IMG/VR virus record: IMGVR_UViG_3300031655_000032
Coordinates: 1-28,680 of that record
Source of the DNA: a virus
Taxonomy: Duplodnaviria > Caudoviricetes
Reading direction: 5' to 3' (one strand)
Length of the DNA: 28,680 nt
Shown here: positions 18,068 through 26,545 of the stretch, piece by piece
Layout of the letters: every line of letters begins with the position of its first letter
How positions within the stretch are numbered: the stretch's first letter is position 1
Notes under the pieces: generated by a model
What the model was told of the DNA's origin: nothing
Seen by the model: only the letters and a program-made list of their open reading frames with translations
Database searches by the model: none
Position numbers and translations under genes: made by a program

Positions 18068-18441
18068 CTTTTTTTATCTTCCTTCTTTTCTTTTTCCGCT
18101 CTTTCCTTCTGGCGCTTCCGATACTTTTTTCGGGCTTCTTTTTCGTCCCCTTTGGAAAGATGCTTATTATGGTGAGGGACACGGCTAAAGTTAGCCGCTC
18201 CCTTCCTGCCCTCAGAATTTTTCTGCCTTACATCATCAGTCTCAGAAGAGCGTCGTCGAGATTCGTTTTCCGCCGCAATAAAGCCATCCTCTGTATTAGG
18301 GAAGCTCTTAGGCTTTGGGTTTTTACGATTCTTCTTTGATCGGGTGGCGCTAAGTGCGCCTCTTCCCGAACTATACCCAGCAGTGTTGACTACAAAGACT
18401 CTCCCGTCTTCCGTGAAAGTACCGCTCTTCTGATGACTCAT
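18064..18441 (-). CDS. Lys/Arg-rich hypothetical protein
   Basis: Starts immediately after the scaffold stop (TAAATG). Highly basic. Confidence 0.6.
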   Translation of the reverse strand: MSHQKSGTFTEDGRVFVVNTAGYSSGRGALSATRSKKNRKNPKPKSFPNTEDGFIAAENESRRRSSETDDVRQKNSEGRKGAANFSRVPHHNKHLSKGDEKEARKKYRKRQKERAEKEKKEDKKS

Positions 18442-19347
18442 TTAAAATTGTCTCCCGTCTGTCCCGACAACTGGATCACTACCATTTAACACGGTAAGAA
18501 CTTCCAGTTCCTTCGCAGCAAACTTGTTAGCTTCTGACGTGTTACCTTTAGCGAGAGAGTCCTTCGACTTTTGCCTAAAGTCATTAGCTTTCTGCATCAA
18601 GGTGTCACGTTCTCCATCCGTTACGACGCTTCCTAAATTTCCTTCGCCCATCTGTCTGCCCAAAGTGGCGAACATTTTAGCCATGATAGGATTGTCGAGT
18701 AAGTACCGGCCTGATTTATCTTCCATGAAACGAGCGTCCTCGTAGTCGTCACCAAGGAGCTTTTCACTGGCTCGAGCGGCAAAGATGAGGTTCTTATCGT
18801 AATCGTCCTTCCACTCGGATTTAAGGGCTGCTGTTGCATCTGCGGCATACTTGTCATCCGCTTCTGCTGACATTCCCTGTATCTTCATAATCTCGTCTCT
18901 AAAAGCTGATACCAAAACGTCAGCCGTCTCTTTAGGAACGTTATTATCTAAGAACAGATTAGACCAAGTGTCCTCAGAGTCCATCATGGAATCTGTGCGT
19001 TCTTGACCTTCCTGTAGGGGGAACTCATACCCGTCCACGTCTTTAGGGACACCAAGAGCTTCCCGGTAAGCGTCTACATCTTTATCAGAAGAGTCTTCAG
19101 ACAGTCGTGTTACTGACTTACCTTCCTTCTTCCGGTAGTCCAGATTAGCTTTGACCAGTGCTTCGGGAGTCGTAAAACGTTCGGCATGTTTTCTAAGATC
19201 AGCATCCTGAATGGATGATCTCCAGTCAACATCTGCTAAGTCTTCGTTAGATTCACTATCAGTATCCTCGGATACTTCTTCAGTGGCTTCTGTTTCTTCG
19301 GTTGCTTCAGTAGTGTCTTCAGTTGCTTCTTCAGTTGCTTCAACCAT
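18442..19347 (-). CDS. Capsid scaffolding protein
   Basis: Acidic N-terminus, DWRSSI...L, ALGVP....GY, LKSEWKDDYDKN...A and DNP...K.F..LG motifs. Lies between portal and MCP. Confidence 0.85.
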   Translation of the reverse strand: MVEATEEATEDTTEATEETEATEEVSEDTDSESNEDLADVDWRSSIQDADLRKHAERFTTPEALVKANLDYRKKEGKSVTRLSEDSSDKDVDAYREALGVPKDVDGYEFPLQEGQERTDSMMDSEDTWSNLFLDNNVPKETADVLVSAFRDEIMKIQGMSAEADDKYAADATAALKSEWKDDYDKNLIFAARASEKLLGDDYEDARFMEDKSGRYLLDNPIMAKMFATLGRQMGEGNLGSVVTDGERDTLMQKANDFRQKSKDSLAKGNTSEANKFAAKELEVLTVLNGSDPVVGTDGRQF

Positions 19348-19350
19348 AAT

Positions 19351-19680
19351 TTATTTGCGCCTCGTATTTTGTTTTATTGGTGGTGGAGGAGGGGGTTCTA
19401 CAGTTGCTATCTTGTGGATAGCGAGAGCTAATTTCCTCTCCCCCGTTGAAATAAGCGTAGCACTTTCATCCACGCCATACTTATTAAACTTAGTAGTATC
19501 ATTCAGGACGTAGCCCATACCGAGAATCTCTCGGAGAACTCTTTCTCCTTGTGGCGTAGATAGAAATACTTCCCTAAAATCTTGGTACCGTTCTATTTGG
19601 GATGTATACTTCGACACCCTTTCGAATAGCATTAGATCATCAGTTATCTCAATCGCCTTAGTTTTCCCTTTTGTTGCCAT
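19351..19680 (-). CDS. Bbp19-like protein
   Basis: FREVFLSTPQGERVL.EI...TGERKLAL.I, in the typical slot upstream of the scaffold. Confidence 0.7.
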   Translation of the reverse strand: MATKGKTKAIEITDDLMLFERVSKYTSQIERYQDFREVFLSTPQGERVLREILGMGYVLNDTTKFNKYGVDESATLISTGERKLALAIHKIATVEPPPPPPIKQNTRRK

Positions 19681-19884
19681 CTATTTTGGATACCTTTTTC
19701 TAGTTTTAACTTTATTCTTCTTCTTCTTTCTCTTTTTAGCTTCCTCTGAGTTCTTCTTGTCTCTTTTTTCTACTTCTTTTCTGGAGGGGGCTTTTGATTT
19801 AAAAGTCCGTGAACCTCCACCAAGTCCGACTTGGTTAAAGAAGTCACCATCTCGCATGGGGGGCTGGTTATAGACTTTGCTCAT
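19681..19884 (-). CDS. Small Lys-rich protein
   Basis: Coupled on both sides (ATGA overlap, TAGATG). Confidence 0.6.
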   Translation of the reverse strand: MSKVYNQPPMRDGDFFNQVGLGGGSRTFKSKAPSRKEVEKRDKKNSEEAKKRKKKKNKVKTRKRYPK

Positions 19885-20312
19885 TTTTCGCTCCCTGCTT
19901 TTTTCTTATCTGCATCACTTTCCTTTTTATCTTTATCCCGCGTCCGTTTCATAAATTTAATCCAGCTTCGTGCGTTTTTTAGGGTCTTAGAGCGTTTTAC
20001 TGCTTCGTCTAATCTACCTTTGCGAGATTTCTTTTCTCCAACTTTAACTCCCATGAAAAACCCACCCTTATTTCCGTCCGCAGCCGAATTACCCGCATTT
20101 TTTGCTTGGGTGTCGTCGTTGATAGCATTTATGATAGGGTTATCTTTTTTGTTCTTATTGAACGTCCGGGTTCTTATAGCATCATCTTTATCTTTTTTCT
20201 TACTCAGACTTCTGATCTCAGACTTCGGTGGAGGGTTCTTCTTATCTGGACGCTTCCTCTTTGTATCCTTTTTCTTCTTCTTATTAGATCCGTAACCTAC
20301 TCCTTCTGGCAT
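19881..20312 (-). CDS. Lys-rich basic protein
   Basis: MPEGVGYGSNKKKKK start with an AAGGAG RBS. Confidence 0.65.
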   Translation of the reverse strand: MPEGVGYGSNKKKKKDTKRKRPDKKNPPPKSEIRSLSKKKDKDDAIRTRTFNKNKKDNPIINAINDDTQAKNAGNSAADGNKGGFFMGVKVGEKKSRKGRLDEAVKRSKTLKNARSWIKFMKRTRDKDKKESDADKKKAGSEK

Positions 20313-20329
20313 CTGAGTGTCTCCTTTAG

Positions 20330-20524
20330 TTAAAGTTCTTCTGCATGAAGTTTATCCCAAGCATCTTTTCCCTTGTGTCTTTTGCCACTGTGAAAAACAT
20401 TCTTCATCTGCCAAGACATGGCGGTGTGATTCGGGCAAACACATTGAAACTTAAATTTTGCATCGCACTTTCTACAGTACCGTGATTTGACATTTGCTGC
20501 CTCCGTGCTACTTATCTTTCCCAT
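20330..20524 (-). CDS. 64-aa putative zinc-binding protein
   Basis: Start re-called at MGKISS with a TAGGAG RBS after the portal stop. CRKC-x7-CVC-PNH motif. Confidence 0.6.
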   Translation of the reverse strand: MGKISSTEAANVKSRYCRKCDAKFKFQCVCPNHTAMSWQMKNVFHSGKRHKGKDAWDKLHAEEL

Positions 20525-20534
20525 TAATCTCCTA

Positions 20535-22220
20535 TTAAGCTGGAACTCCTTGATCGGGTTGTTTGTTAGGATCTTGTATAAGACCCGCATCTTTCGCGGC
20601 CTTGGCACCTTTGCCAACGATACCGGCTTGCATATCAGCGGCTTGAAGTTGCTGCATCTGTTGAAGTTGTTGTTGCTCTGCCTGAAGTTTCTCTTGTACC
20701 TCTTCCTTGGTATTGAGGATCTCATGTGGTAGAGAAGCTGCATCAGCCTTAAACCGGGCTAGTGCGTCAACGTTAACCAGATGCTTAGCCTCTGGGGATA
20801 CTTGAGCCATCTGCATCACCTGCATCGCCCACTCGGAAGCGGCAGCAGATTGGACTTGTTTCTTAATCTTATCCACGGGCAGATCGAACTGGAACTTAAT
20901 GTTCTGCCCGGATAGTATCTCCGGTACTTCACCAAAAGCGTTCTCTCTGAATAGCAGTCTGAAAGCTCTGTCAACCATTGGCTCATTATAGTCAGTCTGG
21001 AAGCGCCCGAATACAGGCCCAACTTCTCGGATGAACTCATCCTTACGCTGGATGATCTCTGTAGCTGTCATCTGTGGCCCGCCTTGTGGCAAGTTCAGTA
21101 TATTTCTGAAAAACGCAGATGATACCTGATTTCTAATATCCGTCTGCATGTCTCTCGTAACAGGTAAGTTATTACCAGAGATCATAGGAAAGAATGGATT
21201 GCCACCTACCGATGCCGCAGTCTCCACGTCGTAGTAACTTATCCCTCCGGGGTAAGTCATAACTTCTTGGAAGGCGCCGTCGTTAGGTGCCATAATTGGA
21301 GGATCAGCTAGTCGCTGTCCTGCCACCAGAATGGTCTCACCCATAGCTTGCAGGGTATTACTGTCTGGTAGTGCAATCATACCCGGTGAACGACCGTACT
21401 CTTCTCCCGAAGAGGTGTCCCATCGTGGTATGACAAAAGGGAATTCGTGAAAACCACCCTCGTGGATGATGTGCTTGCTTTGGGTCTCCATCCAGATCTC
21501 TTCGATTGGGAAGTCCTTGGAAAAAATAGGGTTGTCGAGAATTTGATTCTCTCTGTTCCCCACCCAGTACAGCAAATCTATTTTGTCATCAGAATTGTTG
21601 TTAGCAATCTTTTCTTGTACTTCTTTAGAAAGTTTATTTCTCCCAAACTTGATTTCAGCTTGCCATATGAACATCTTCTTAGTTCTATAAAGACCGTGTG
21701 GATTGCCCTCATCATCAAACATGGGGAACCCGTCTTTAAGATGGACAGACTGAAAAATAAGATTCTGTTGGGACTGAGCAAGACCGGCATACAAAATACC
21801 AGTGCCCATAACCACAAGATCAAGATCAACCTCACCAGTGGCCTGTCTGAAACGTGCCAAAGGATTTCGGATATGACTATCCAGAATCTCTGTGGATCGA
21901 CCCATCCAGTCCTGCACCTCACCCTGCTGGTTTAAGCTATCATCCTCGGCGCGGATCTCTGCCAGAGTCTGCCCTTCTGGGCGGATCATAGCTCCAACCG
22001 TATTTGCCAAACTTCGAGCCGCTTGCATAGGTGTGCCATCGAAGACATCATCTACGCGAGAGTTTCCGTCTGACATGGTTTGAGTGAAACCTTGTCGAGT
22101 GGAGAGCAGCACACGGGACAGATCGTCCCAGTGCTCCTCAAACTGAGAGCGCCGATTTTTAGCGGCACCCTGCTTCTTCATGTGGTGCAAAACGATCTCT
22201 TGCGGAGTTTTTAGTTTCAT
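20535..22220 (-). CDS. Portal (head-tail connector) protein
   Basis: FDGT...A...LA, DLVVMGTG, FPFVIPRW...GEEYGRSPGM.ALPD, MTATEI.QR motifs of the podovirus head-tail connector family. Confidence 0.95.
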   Translation of the reverse strand: MKLKTPQEIVLHHMKKQGAAKNRRSQFEEHWDDLSRVLLSTRQGFTQTMSDGNSRVDDVFDGTPMQAARSLANTVGAMIRPEGQTLAEIRAEDDSLNQQGEVQDWMGRSTEILDSHIRNPLARFRQATGEVDLDLVVMGTGILYAGLAQSQQNLIFQSVHLKDGFPMFDDEGNPHGLYRTKKMFIWQAEIKFGRNKLSKEVQEKIANNNSDDKIDLLYWVGNRENQILDNPIFSKDFPIEEIWMETQSKHIIHEGGFHEFPFVIPRWDTSSGEEYGRSPGMIALPDSNTLQAMGETILVAGQRLADPPIMAPNDGAFQEVMTYPGGISYYDVETAASVGGNPFFPMISGNNLPVTRDMQTDIRNQVSSAFFRNILNLPQGGPQMTATEIIQRKDEFIREVGPVFGRFQTDYNEPMVDRAFRLLFRENAFGEVPEILSGQNIKFQFDLPVDKIKKQVQSAAASEWAMQVMQMAQVSPEAKHLVNVDALARFKADAASLPHEILNTKEEVQEKLQAEQQQLQQMQQLQAADMQAGIVGKGAKAAKDAGLIQDPNKQPDQGVPA

Positions 22221-22222
22221 AC

Positions 22223-22468
22223 TTATCCTAGTTTCGCAGAGGAAATACTACCCCCTCCAGTGTTGCCAAGTCCGTCTTCTGACGTTGAGGCTAGTTGAGA
22301 ACCCGTTCGTCCCCTTCGTCCAGCCGCAGTTATCTTACTTGCCTTCTTCACGTTCTGCTCCACGGGTGGAGGAGGCGGCGGAGGCGGCGGAGGCGGCGGA
22401 GGCGGGGGCGGTGGTGCTGCTGGTCGTGGAGGTGATCCTCCACCGGGAACTATGCACTTAAATTTCAT
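22223..22468 (-). CDS. Poly-proline pre-portal small virion protein
   Basis: Pro17 tract, RRGR motif and ..KLG end. Occupies the T7 gp6.7/7.3-like slot. Confidence 0.65.
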   Translation of the reverse strand: MKFKCIVPGGGSPPRPAAPPPPPPPPPPPPPPPPPVEQNVKKASKITAAGRRGRTGSQLASTSEDGLGNTGGGSISSAKLG

Positions 22469-22471
22469 AAC

Positions 22472-22711
22472 TTATCCTAGTGTAGTGTTGTCACTATCCC
22501 CAGACGCATCAGTATTTAATATACTTCCGCCGGATTGTGTATTTTGAGTTAGTATTGATCCTGATCGTCCTCTTCTCCTAGCCACGCTGGCCTTCAAGTC
22601 CCTTTTCGCGGTCTCAATAGCCGGGTCAGTTCGCTCCGGCGGAGGCGGCGGGGCGGGCGGTAAAGGCGGAGGCGCGGCTGGGGAACTACCAAAGCCGGGG
22701 AATATATTCAT
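22472..22711 (-). CDS. Pro-rich pre-portal small virion protein
   Basis: MNIFPG, Pro tract, RRRGRSGSILT and a TLG end. Confidence 0.7.
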   Translation of the reverse strand: MNIFPGFGSSPAAPPPLPPAPPPPPERTDPAIETAKRDLKASVARRRGRSGSILTQNTQSGGSILNTDASGDSDNTTLG

Positions 22712-23076
22712 TTATTTAGTCTCTTGTAAAGTTGATAAGGAGTTACAGAAAAATATTTTACGCCCAAAATGGCTTTTACCAAGCCTACGCAATTAGATAC
22801 TGATATTATACCGCAAAACAAATTAAAACTGAACTTGATATTTCGGGATTGCTCTGTTTCGACTGTTATATAACCTGCATCTTGGTAGTGGCTGTTCAGA
22901 TCAAAATCTTCAGGGGCCATAACACGAACCTCTGGAATTCCTATTCTATAGTCTATTTCTACCCATCCATTCTCAGACTGGAGTGCTATAATACAATGTT
23001 TAAAATTATCCTTCAGCAATCCACCCAGTGGGTGGCCCTTGCCCTCAATGTTCATAAACGCTACTATGGCTTTCAT
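22708..23076 (-). CDS. Permuted papain-like (NlpC/P60 superfamily) protein
   Basis: His before Cys order: FKHC...SNCVGLVKAILG...TPYQLY. Confidence 0.6.
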   Translation of the reverse strand: MKAIVAFMNIEGKGHPLGGLLKDNFKHCIIALQSENGWVEIDYRIGIPEVRVMAPEDFDLNSHYQDAGYITVETEQSRNIKFSFNLFCGIISVSNCVGLVKAILGVKYFSVTPYQLYKRLNK

Positions 23077-23180
23077 CCACCAGCCCCCGGTCTTTTAACT
23101 GTCCCACCTTGTGACTGGGTGTTAGGGTTTTTTACTACATCTCTCTTTCCGTCGTCTCCCTTTTTCTTTTTCTTGCTCAT
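23073..23180 (-). CDS. 35-aa basic peptide (not in ORF track)
   Basis: MSKKKKKGDDGKRDVVKNPNTQSQGGTVKRPGAGG. ATGA overlaps at both ends fill the gap exactly. Confidence 0.6.
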   Translation of the reverse strand: MSKKKKKGDDGKRDVVKNPNTQSQGGTVKRPGAGG

Positions 23181-23548
23181 CGTCTACCCCTTCCTCTTCT
23201 CATTGTTCTCGTGCTCCTACGTTTAGGAGCCGCGCCCGCAGCACTAGAAGTTGTGTTACTCCCACCTGCTCCCCCAGTGCCCGTCGCAGCTTCTGGACGT
23301 TCAATCTGCTGAAAGTTCGCGTTCTCGTTCTGAGCCGTATTCGCTAGTCCTTGTTGACGTGTCAGATCTCTCGCGTCCTGTCTTACTACACGATCTGCTA
23401 TTCTTCTGTCTTTGTTCGCTTGACCGATGACGAACTGTTCGTTTCGCAAGTTCAAAGCCTTAGTGTTGGCTACAGTCTCTGGGTTGCTTTTGAATGGTGC
23501 AGGTTGAGCTAAGTTATTGGGCCATCCTGCGCCGGGGAATATGTTCAT
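23177..23548 (-). CDS. Low-complexity protein with MNIFPG N-terminus and RRGRGRR C-terminus
   Basis: Start re-called at ATG 23548 (GGAGAGGA RBS). N-terminus matches 22472..22711. Confidence 0.65.
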   Translation of the reverse strand: MNIFPGAGWPNNLAQPAPFKSNPETVANTKALNLRNEQFVIGQANKDRRIADRVVRQDARDLTRQQGLANTAQNENANFQQIERPEAATGTGGAGGSNTTSSAAGAAPKRRSTRTMRRGRGRR

Positions 23549-23549
23549 T

Positions 23550-23723
23550 CTATCCTCTCCACTTGTGGGGATTATATTTACTCTGCTGAGTATTTGGTTT
23601 GTGTACTTTTTTCTTATGAACCATCTTCGCCTGTTCCATAACCCGTGAATCAAAATACGCCTGTAATGTATCTTTTGTCCATCCGTTTTTCTTCTCTTCG
23701 TCTGTGAGAACTAGATCAGTCAC
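23550..23723 (-). CDS. 57-aa protein with a TerL-like C-terminal tail (not in ORF track)
   Basis: GTG start overlaps the upstream stop (GTGA). MTDLVLTDEEKKNGWTKDTLQAYFDSRVMEQAKMVHKKKVHKPNTQQSKYNPHKWRG. Stop lies 1 nt before the next ATG. Confidence 0.65.
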   Translation of the reverse strand: MTDLVLTDEEKKNGWTKDTLQAYFDSRVMEQAKMVHKKKVHKPNTQQSKYNPHKWRG

Positions 23724-24007
23724 TCTTGAAAATCCTGTGGTACGGAGAAGAACCTGTCTCCACGTTGAATGACTTTAAAGCCTCTTTTCAGTTCCGCATC
23801 TACCGCTAGTGGGAACGTCGGGTGTTTTGCACCTTTCAGAATCATGTAGCTGTCCTGCGGTAGCCCGAGGTCTTGCATCTGCTTTAAGCTAGTAGGAACT
23901 ACGGAACCCATGTGGCCCGTGTCATCCCGTTCCATGCCATGTCCTAAAGCTGAATCCATATCGAATCCTTCACCGGCTGGATTGAACTTTTTCTTCTTTG
24001 TTGCCAT
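23720..24007 (-). CDS. Hypothetical phage protein
   Basis: TAATG coupling to TerL. GHMGS...ILKGAKHPT motif. Confidence 0.6.
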   Translation of the reverse strand: MATKKKKFNPAGEGFDMDSALGHGMERDDTGHMGSVVPTSLKQMQDLGLPQDSYMILKGAKHPTFPLAVDAELKRGFKVIQRGDRFFSVPQDFQE

Positions 24008-25599
24008 TACCGTCTCCAGTTTCTATGTGGGTTGTACCGAGAGTTAGTCCGTTTGGGCGAACTATTGAATCGGCCTACTTTATTCTTAGCTGGAATCAGT
24101 GCGTACACCGCAGCGTCACCTTTTCCGGGTGATCTGCCAATGCGTTTCTTTAAGTCACCAAATCCGTCTTTACATTCTGTCGATTTACCCTCGACTTGGA
24201 TACCACGACTGGTTAACTGCCACTTCGGTGCCGAAAGATCAACCTTCAACTCTCTATCAGGCCATAATGCGATTGCGTTCGGGTTGTCTGGGTTCAACGC
24301 TTCTCTCATACGCCACCACAGCATACTACGAGTGTTAAAAAACCCTAATGTGCCCGATGAGTCCCGCTCGTGGCTCTCCTTACGTCCGTCCACTGAGTAC
24401 ACGTTAGCGCCGTTTGTTCTGAGATGGTCTAGTATACTAGCACCTGCTCCACCAATGATGTCTAACATCATCTGAGCGCCGTCTCGTACATATGTAGTAC
24501 AGATAGCTGCTCCAGTAGGGCCGTCCGGTGTACTGGCACCCTTTAAGACGATCTGAGGGCCGAACCAATTCCCGTATCGTGGGCTTAAAACAAAATCATC
24601 TTTACCACCCCGTGCCGGGTCAACCCCCAGAGCGTCCATCTTAACTCCTTGAGGCTTCTCATCTGTCCAACGGGCTTGTGCCAACTCGATCCAAGCAGTT
24701 GGTATGACCTGCCACGGATCGTCTTGGACGCCAGCAGTAAAGTCACCCATCAACATCTGGCTACGAAGCGGTTCTGGTAGTGCTTGTAGAGCGGCTTTGT
24801 AGCCGGAGTTGATTAGAAAAGGGTTGTCGTCAACCGATGAGGGTATAAATGTGCGTGATCTGGGTTGCACCCAGTCTTCGTCTTGCCATATGGGTTCACA
24901 AGTTGGGACTTCCACGTCGTTACCGTCGATGTCGCTGATGAACCACCTAAGCTCACCCGGTCGTGCTGGATTAGGATGCTCCCTGTCGAGCCAAGGTGCC
25001 CAGTAGTCAACAACCCACTGTCCTTCGGCTGAAGTGGGTGGGTTGGTCGCGCACACAATCCTACATCTTTGATTCGAATCTGCTGCTCTATTCCATGTAG
25101 TAACATAGCGAAATTGGCTCTCCAAGAACTGCGTTAATTCATCGAAACATATGAGGTCACGGGGATCACCCTGATATGCGACCTCATCTCCTGAATACTG
25201 CATACCCCCAAGACGTATAGCCCTTCCCTTACCCAGATCAAAGCGATGTAATTGCCCATTAAAGCCCACCCTCGTTTTTCGTATTCTAATAATCTCTTCT
25301 TCTATTGGCCCAAGCTGTTTCACTTCTCGCCTATAGATTACAGATTTAGTGTGAGCGGTTAGGGCCAGCCCAATCATTAATGACGACTTACCACCGCCAG
25401 CCGCACCCCCGAATAGTAAAATATCGGCAGGGGAATCATACGCCTGTTTCTGCGGTGTAATTTGCTCTGGCTCTTTTGTATTAATAAGAGGACGCCACGG
25501 TACGTCAGTGGCATCTTCCAGAAGCATTTTGTCTATTTCTGCTTTTTCTGCTGGGGGCAGGTTATTATACTGCTCCAGTAGGGCATCTAAACTCGTCAT
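24007..25599 (-). CDS. terL: Terminase large subunit
   Basis: Walker A GGAAGGGKS, Walker B ICFDE, coupling motif ATNP, nuclease GVDPARGG.D and GRSP..GDA. Start placed at MTSLDAL (AAAGG upstream). Confidence 0.95.
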   Translation of the reverse strand: MTSLDALLEQYNNLPPAEKAEIDKMLLEDATDVPWRPLINTKEPEQITPQKQAYDSPADILLFGGAAGGGKSSLMIGLALTAHTKSVIYRREVKQLGPIEEEIIRIRKTRVGFNGQLHRFDLGKGRAIRLGGMQYSGDEVAYQGDPRDLICFDELTQFLESQFRYVTTWNRAADSNQRCRIVCATNPPTSAEGQWVVDYWAPWLDREHPNPARPGELRWFISDIDGNDVEVPTCEPIWQDEDWVQPRSRTFIPSSVDDNPFLINSGYKAALQALPEPLRSQMLMGDFTAGVQDDPWQVIPTAWIELAQARWTDEKPQGVKMDALGVDPARGGKDDFVLSPRYGNWFGPQIVLKGASTPDGPTGAAICTTYVRDGAQMMLDIIGGAGASILDHLRTNGANVYSVDGRKESHERDSSGTLGFFNTRSMLWWRMREALNPDNPNAIALWPDRELKVDLSAPKWQLTSRGIQVEGKSTECKDGFGDLKKRIGRSPGKGDAAVYALIPAKNKVGRFNSSPKRTNSRYNPHRNWRR

Positions 25600-25607
25600 G
25601 GTCGCCT

Positions 25608-25784
25608 TTAGTAATTTGGTTCGCTCTTCTTTACTTCCATATAGCATCCCGCGAGAGCGTTCTGCTGGTCAGTGTTAAAAGCAATAGCCTCGTTAAGACA
25701 GTCGTCAATAGTTCCGTTGTATATGTTCTTCTCGCCTTGCAATGTAAAAATATTCATTATCCACAGGATGACTATGAGTTTCAT
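25608..25784 (-). CDS. 58-aa protein with hydrophobic N-terminus (not in ORF track)
   Basis: MKLIVILWIMNIFTLQGEKNIYNGTIDDCLNEAIAFNTDQQNALAGCYMEVKKSEPNY. ATGA overlap with the TerS stop. Confidence 0.6.
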   Translation of the reverse strand: MKLIVILWIMNIFTLQGEKNIYNGTIDDCLNEAIAFNTDQQNALAGCYMEVKKSEPNY

Positions 25785-26320
25785 TCTTCTACCGGCTCCT
25801 CACCGTATACAACTGTAACAGGATCGACTTTGTTGGTAGGCTTCATGCCTTTAGCTCTCATCAACACTGACAACATACGTTGCTCCTTGTCTGTGTCGGT
25901 TAAGTTAACTAGGCTCTTGCCATTAGCCCCTGTGAGTTCGAGACGATCTGCCTCTCTCCACCCAGCTTGGGACTTCAACCAAAAGATCATGGCAGGTACG
26001 TTCCCTTCCATAGCCTTACCATACAAGGCACCGGACACTCGCGTGTTAGCCCTCATCTTCCCATAGTCGAGTTCGGATTTGAAATACTTATTTAGGATCT
26101 TCATCGAGACGCCCAGAGACTCAGCTTGGTGCATCGGCTTGATACCATTGGCAGACATCATAACGACGTCTTCCCGCTGGATGTCTGTTGGGACAAAAGC
26201 CGGTGTTCCTCCATGCGTATTATTCTTAGCCCCTTTGGGCCTACCAGCTTTTCTCTTGGAGGGAAATGCCGCATCAATTTTGGCTTGCTCTTTTTCCGAA
26301 GGTATTTTTCTGAAACTCAT
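25781..26320 (-). CDS. terS: Terminase small subunit-like protein
   Basis: GRPKG, HTH-like segment, L.KYF..ELD.G, LY.KAM.GNV.AMIFWLK...GWRE and ELTGANG. Lies upstream of TerL. Start re-called at MSFRK. Confidence 0.8.
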   Translation of the reverse strand: MSFRKIPSEKEQAKIDAAFPSKRKAGRPKGAKNNTHGGTPAFVPTDIQREDVVMMSANGIKPMHQAESLGVSMKILNKYFKSELDYGKMRANTRVSGALYGKAMEGNVPAMIFWLKSQAGWREADRLELTGANGKSLVNLTDTDKEQRMLSVLMRAKGMKPTNKVDPVTVVYGEEPVEE

Positions 26321-26321
26321 G

Positions 26322-26543
26322 TTATTTTTTATTCTTATTTTGGTTTCTAACTTGCTTCCGGCGCATAGCATTAACCAATTTGCGTTCTGCTGCTTTCGTG
26401 TTTTCGTTTCTAGGCTCATCCCTTTCAAATATCCCACCCTGCCTTACAAAACGTGGGCCAGAGCCGGGGGCTGTTCTTCTGTCGCGTTCAACACTCGTGT
26501 CGTGCAGAGATTTTATCCATTTTCCTGTTGGCGTTTTAGGCAT
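26322..26543 (-). CDS. Small basic hypothetical protein
   Basis: Start MPKTP with an AGGTGG RBS. Fills the gap between neighbours. Confidence 0.55.
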   Translation of the reverse strand: MPKTPTGKWIKSLHDTSVERDRRTAPGSGPRFVRQGGIFERDEPRNENTKAAERKLVNAMRRKQVRNQNKNKK

Positions 26544-26545
26544 AT

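Noticed and set aside
20330-20743. Long upstream starts in the ORF track (20743; likewise 23653, 25647, 26437, 17028)
   Set aside because: These extensions overlap upstream genes. Shorter starts directly after the preceding stop, most with a clear RBS, fit better.
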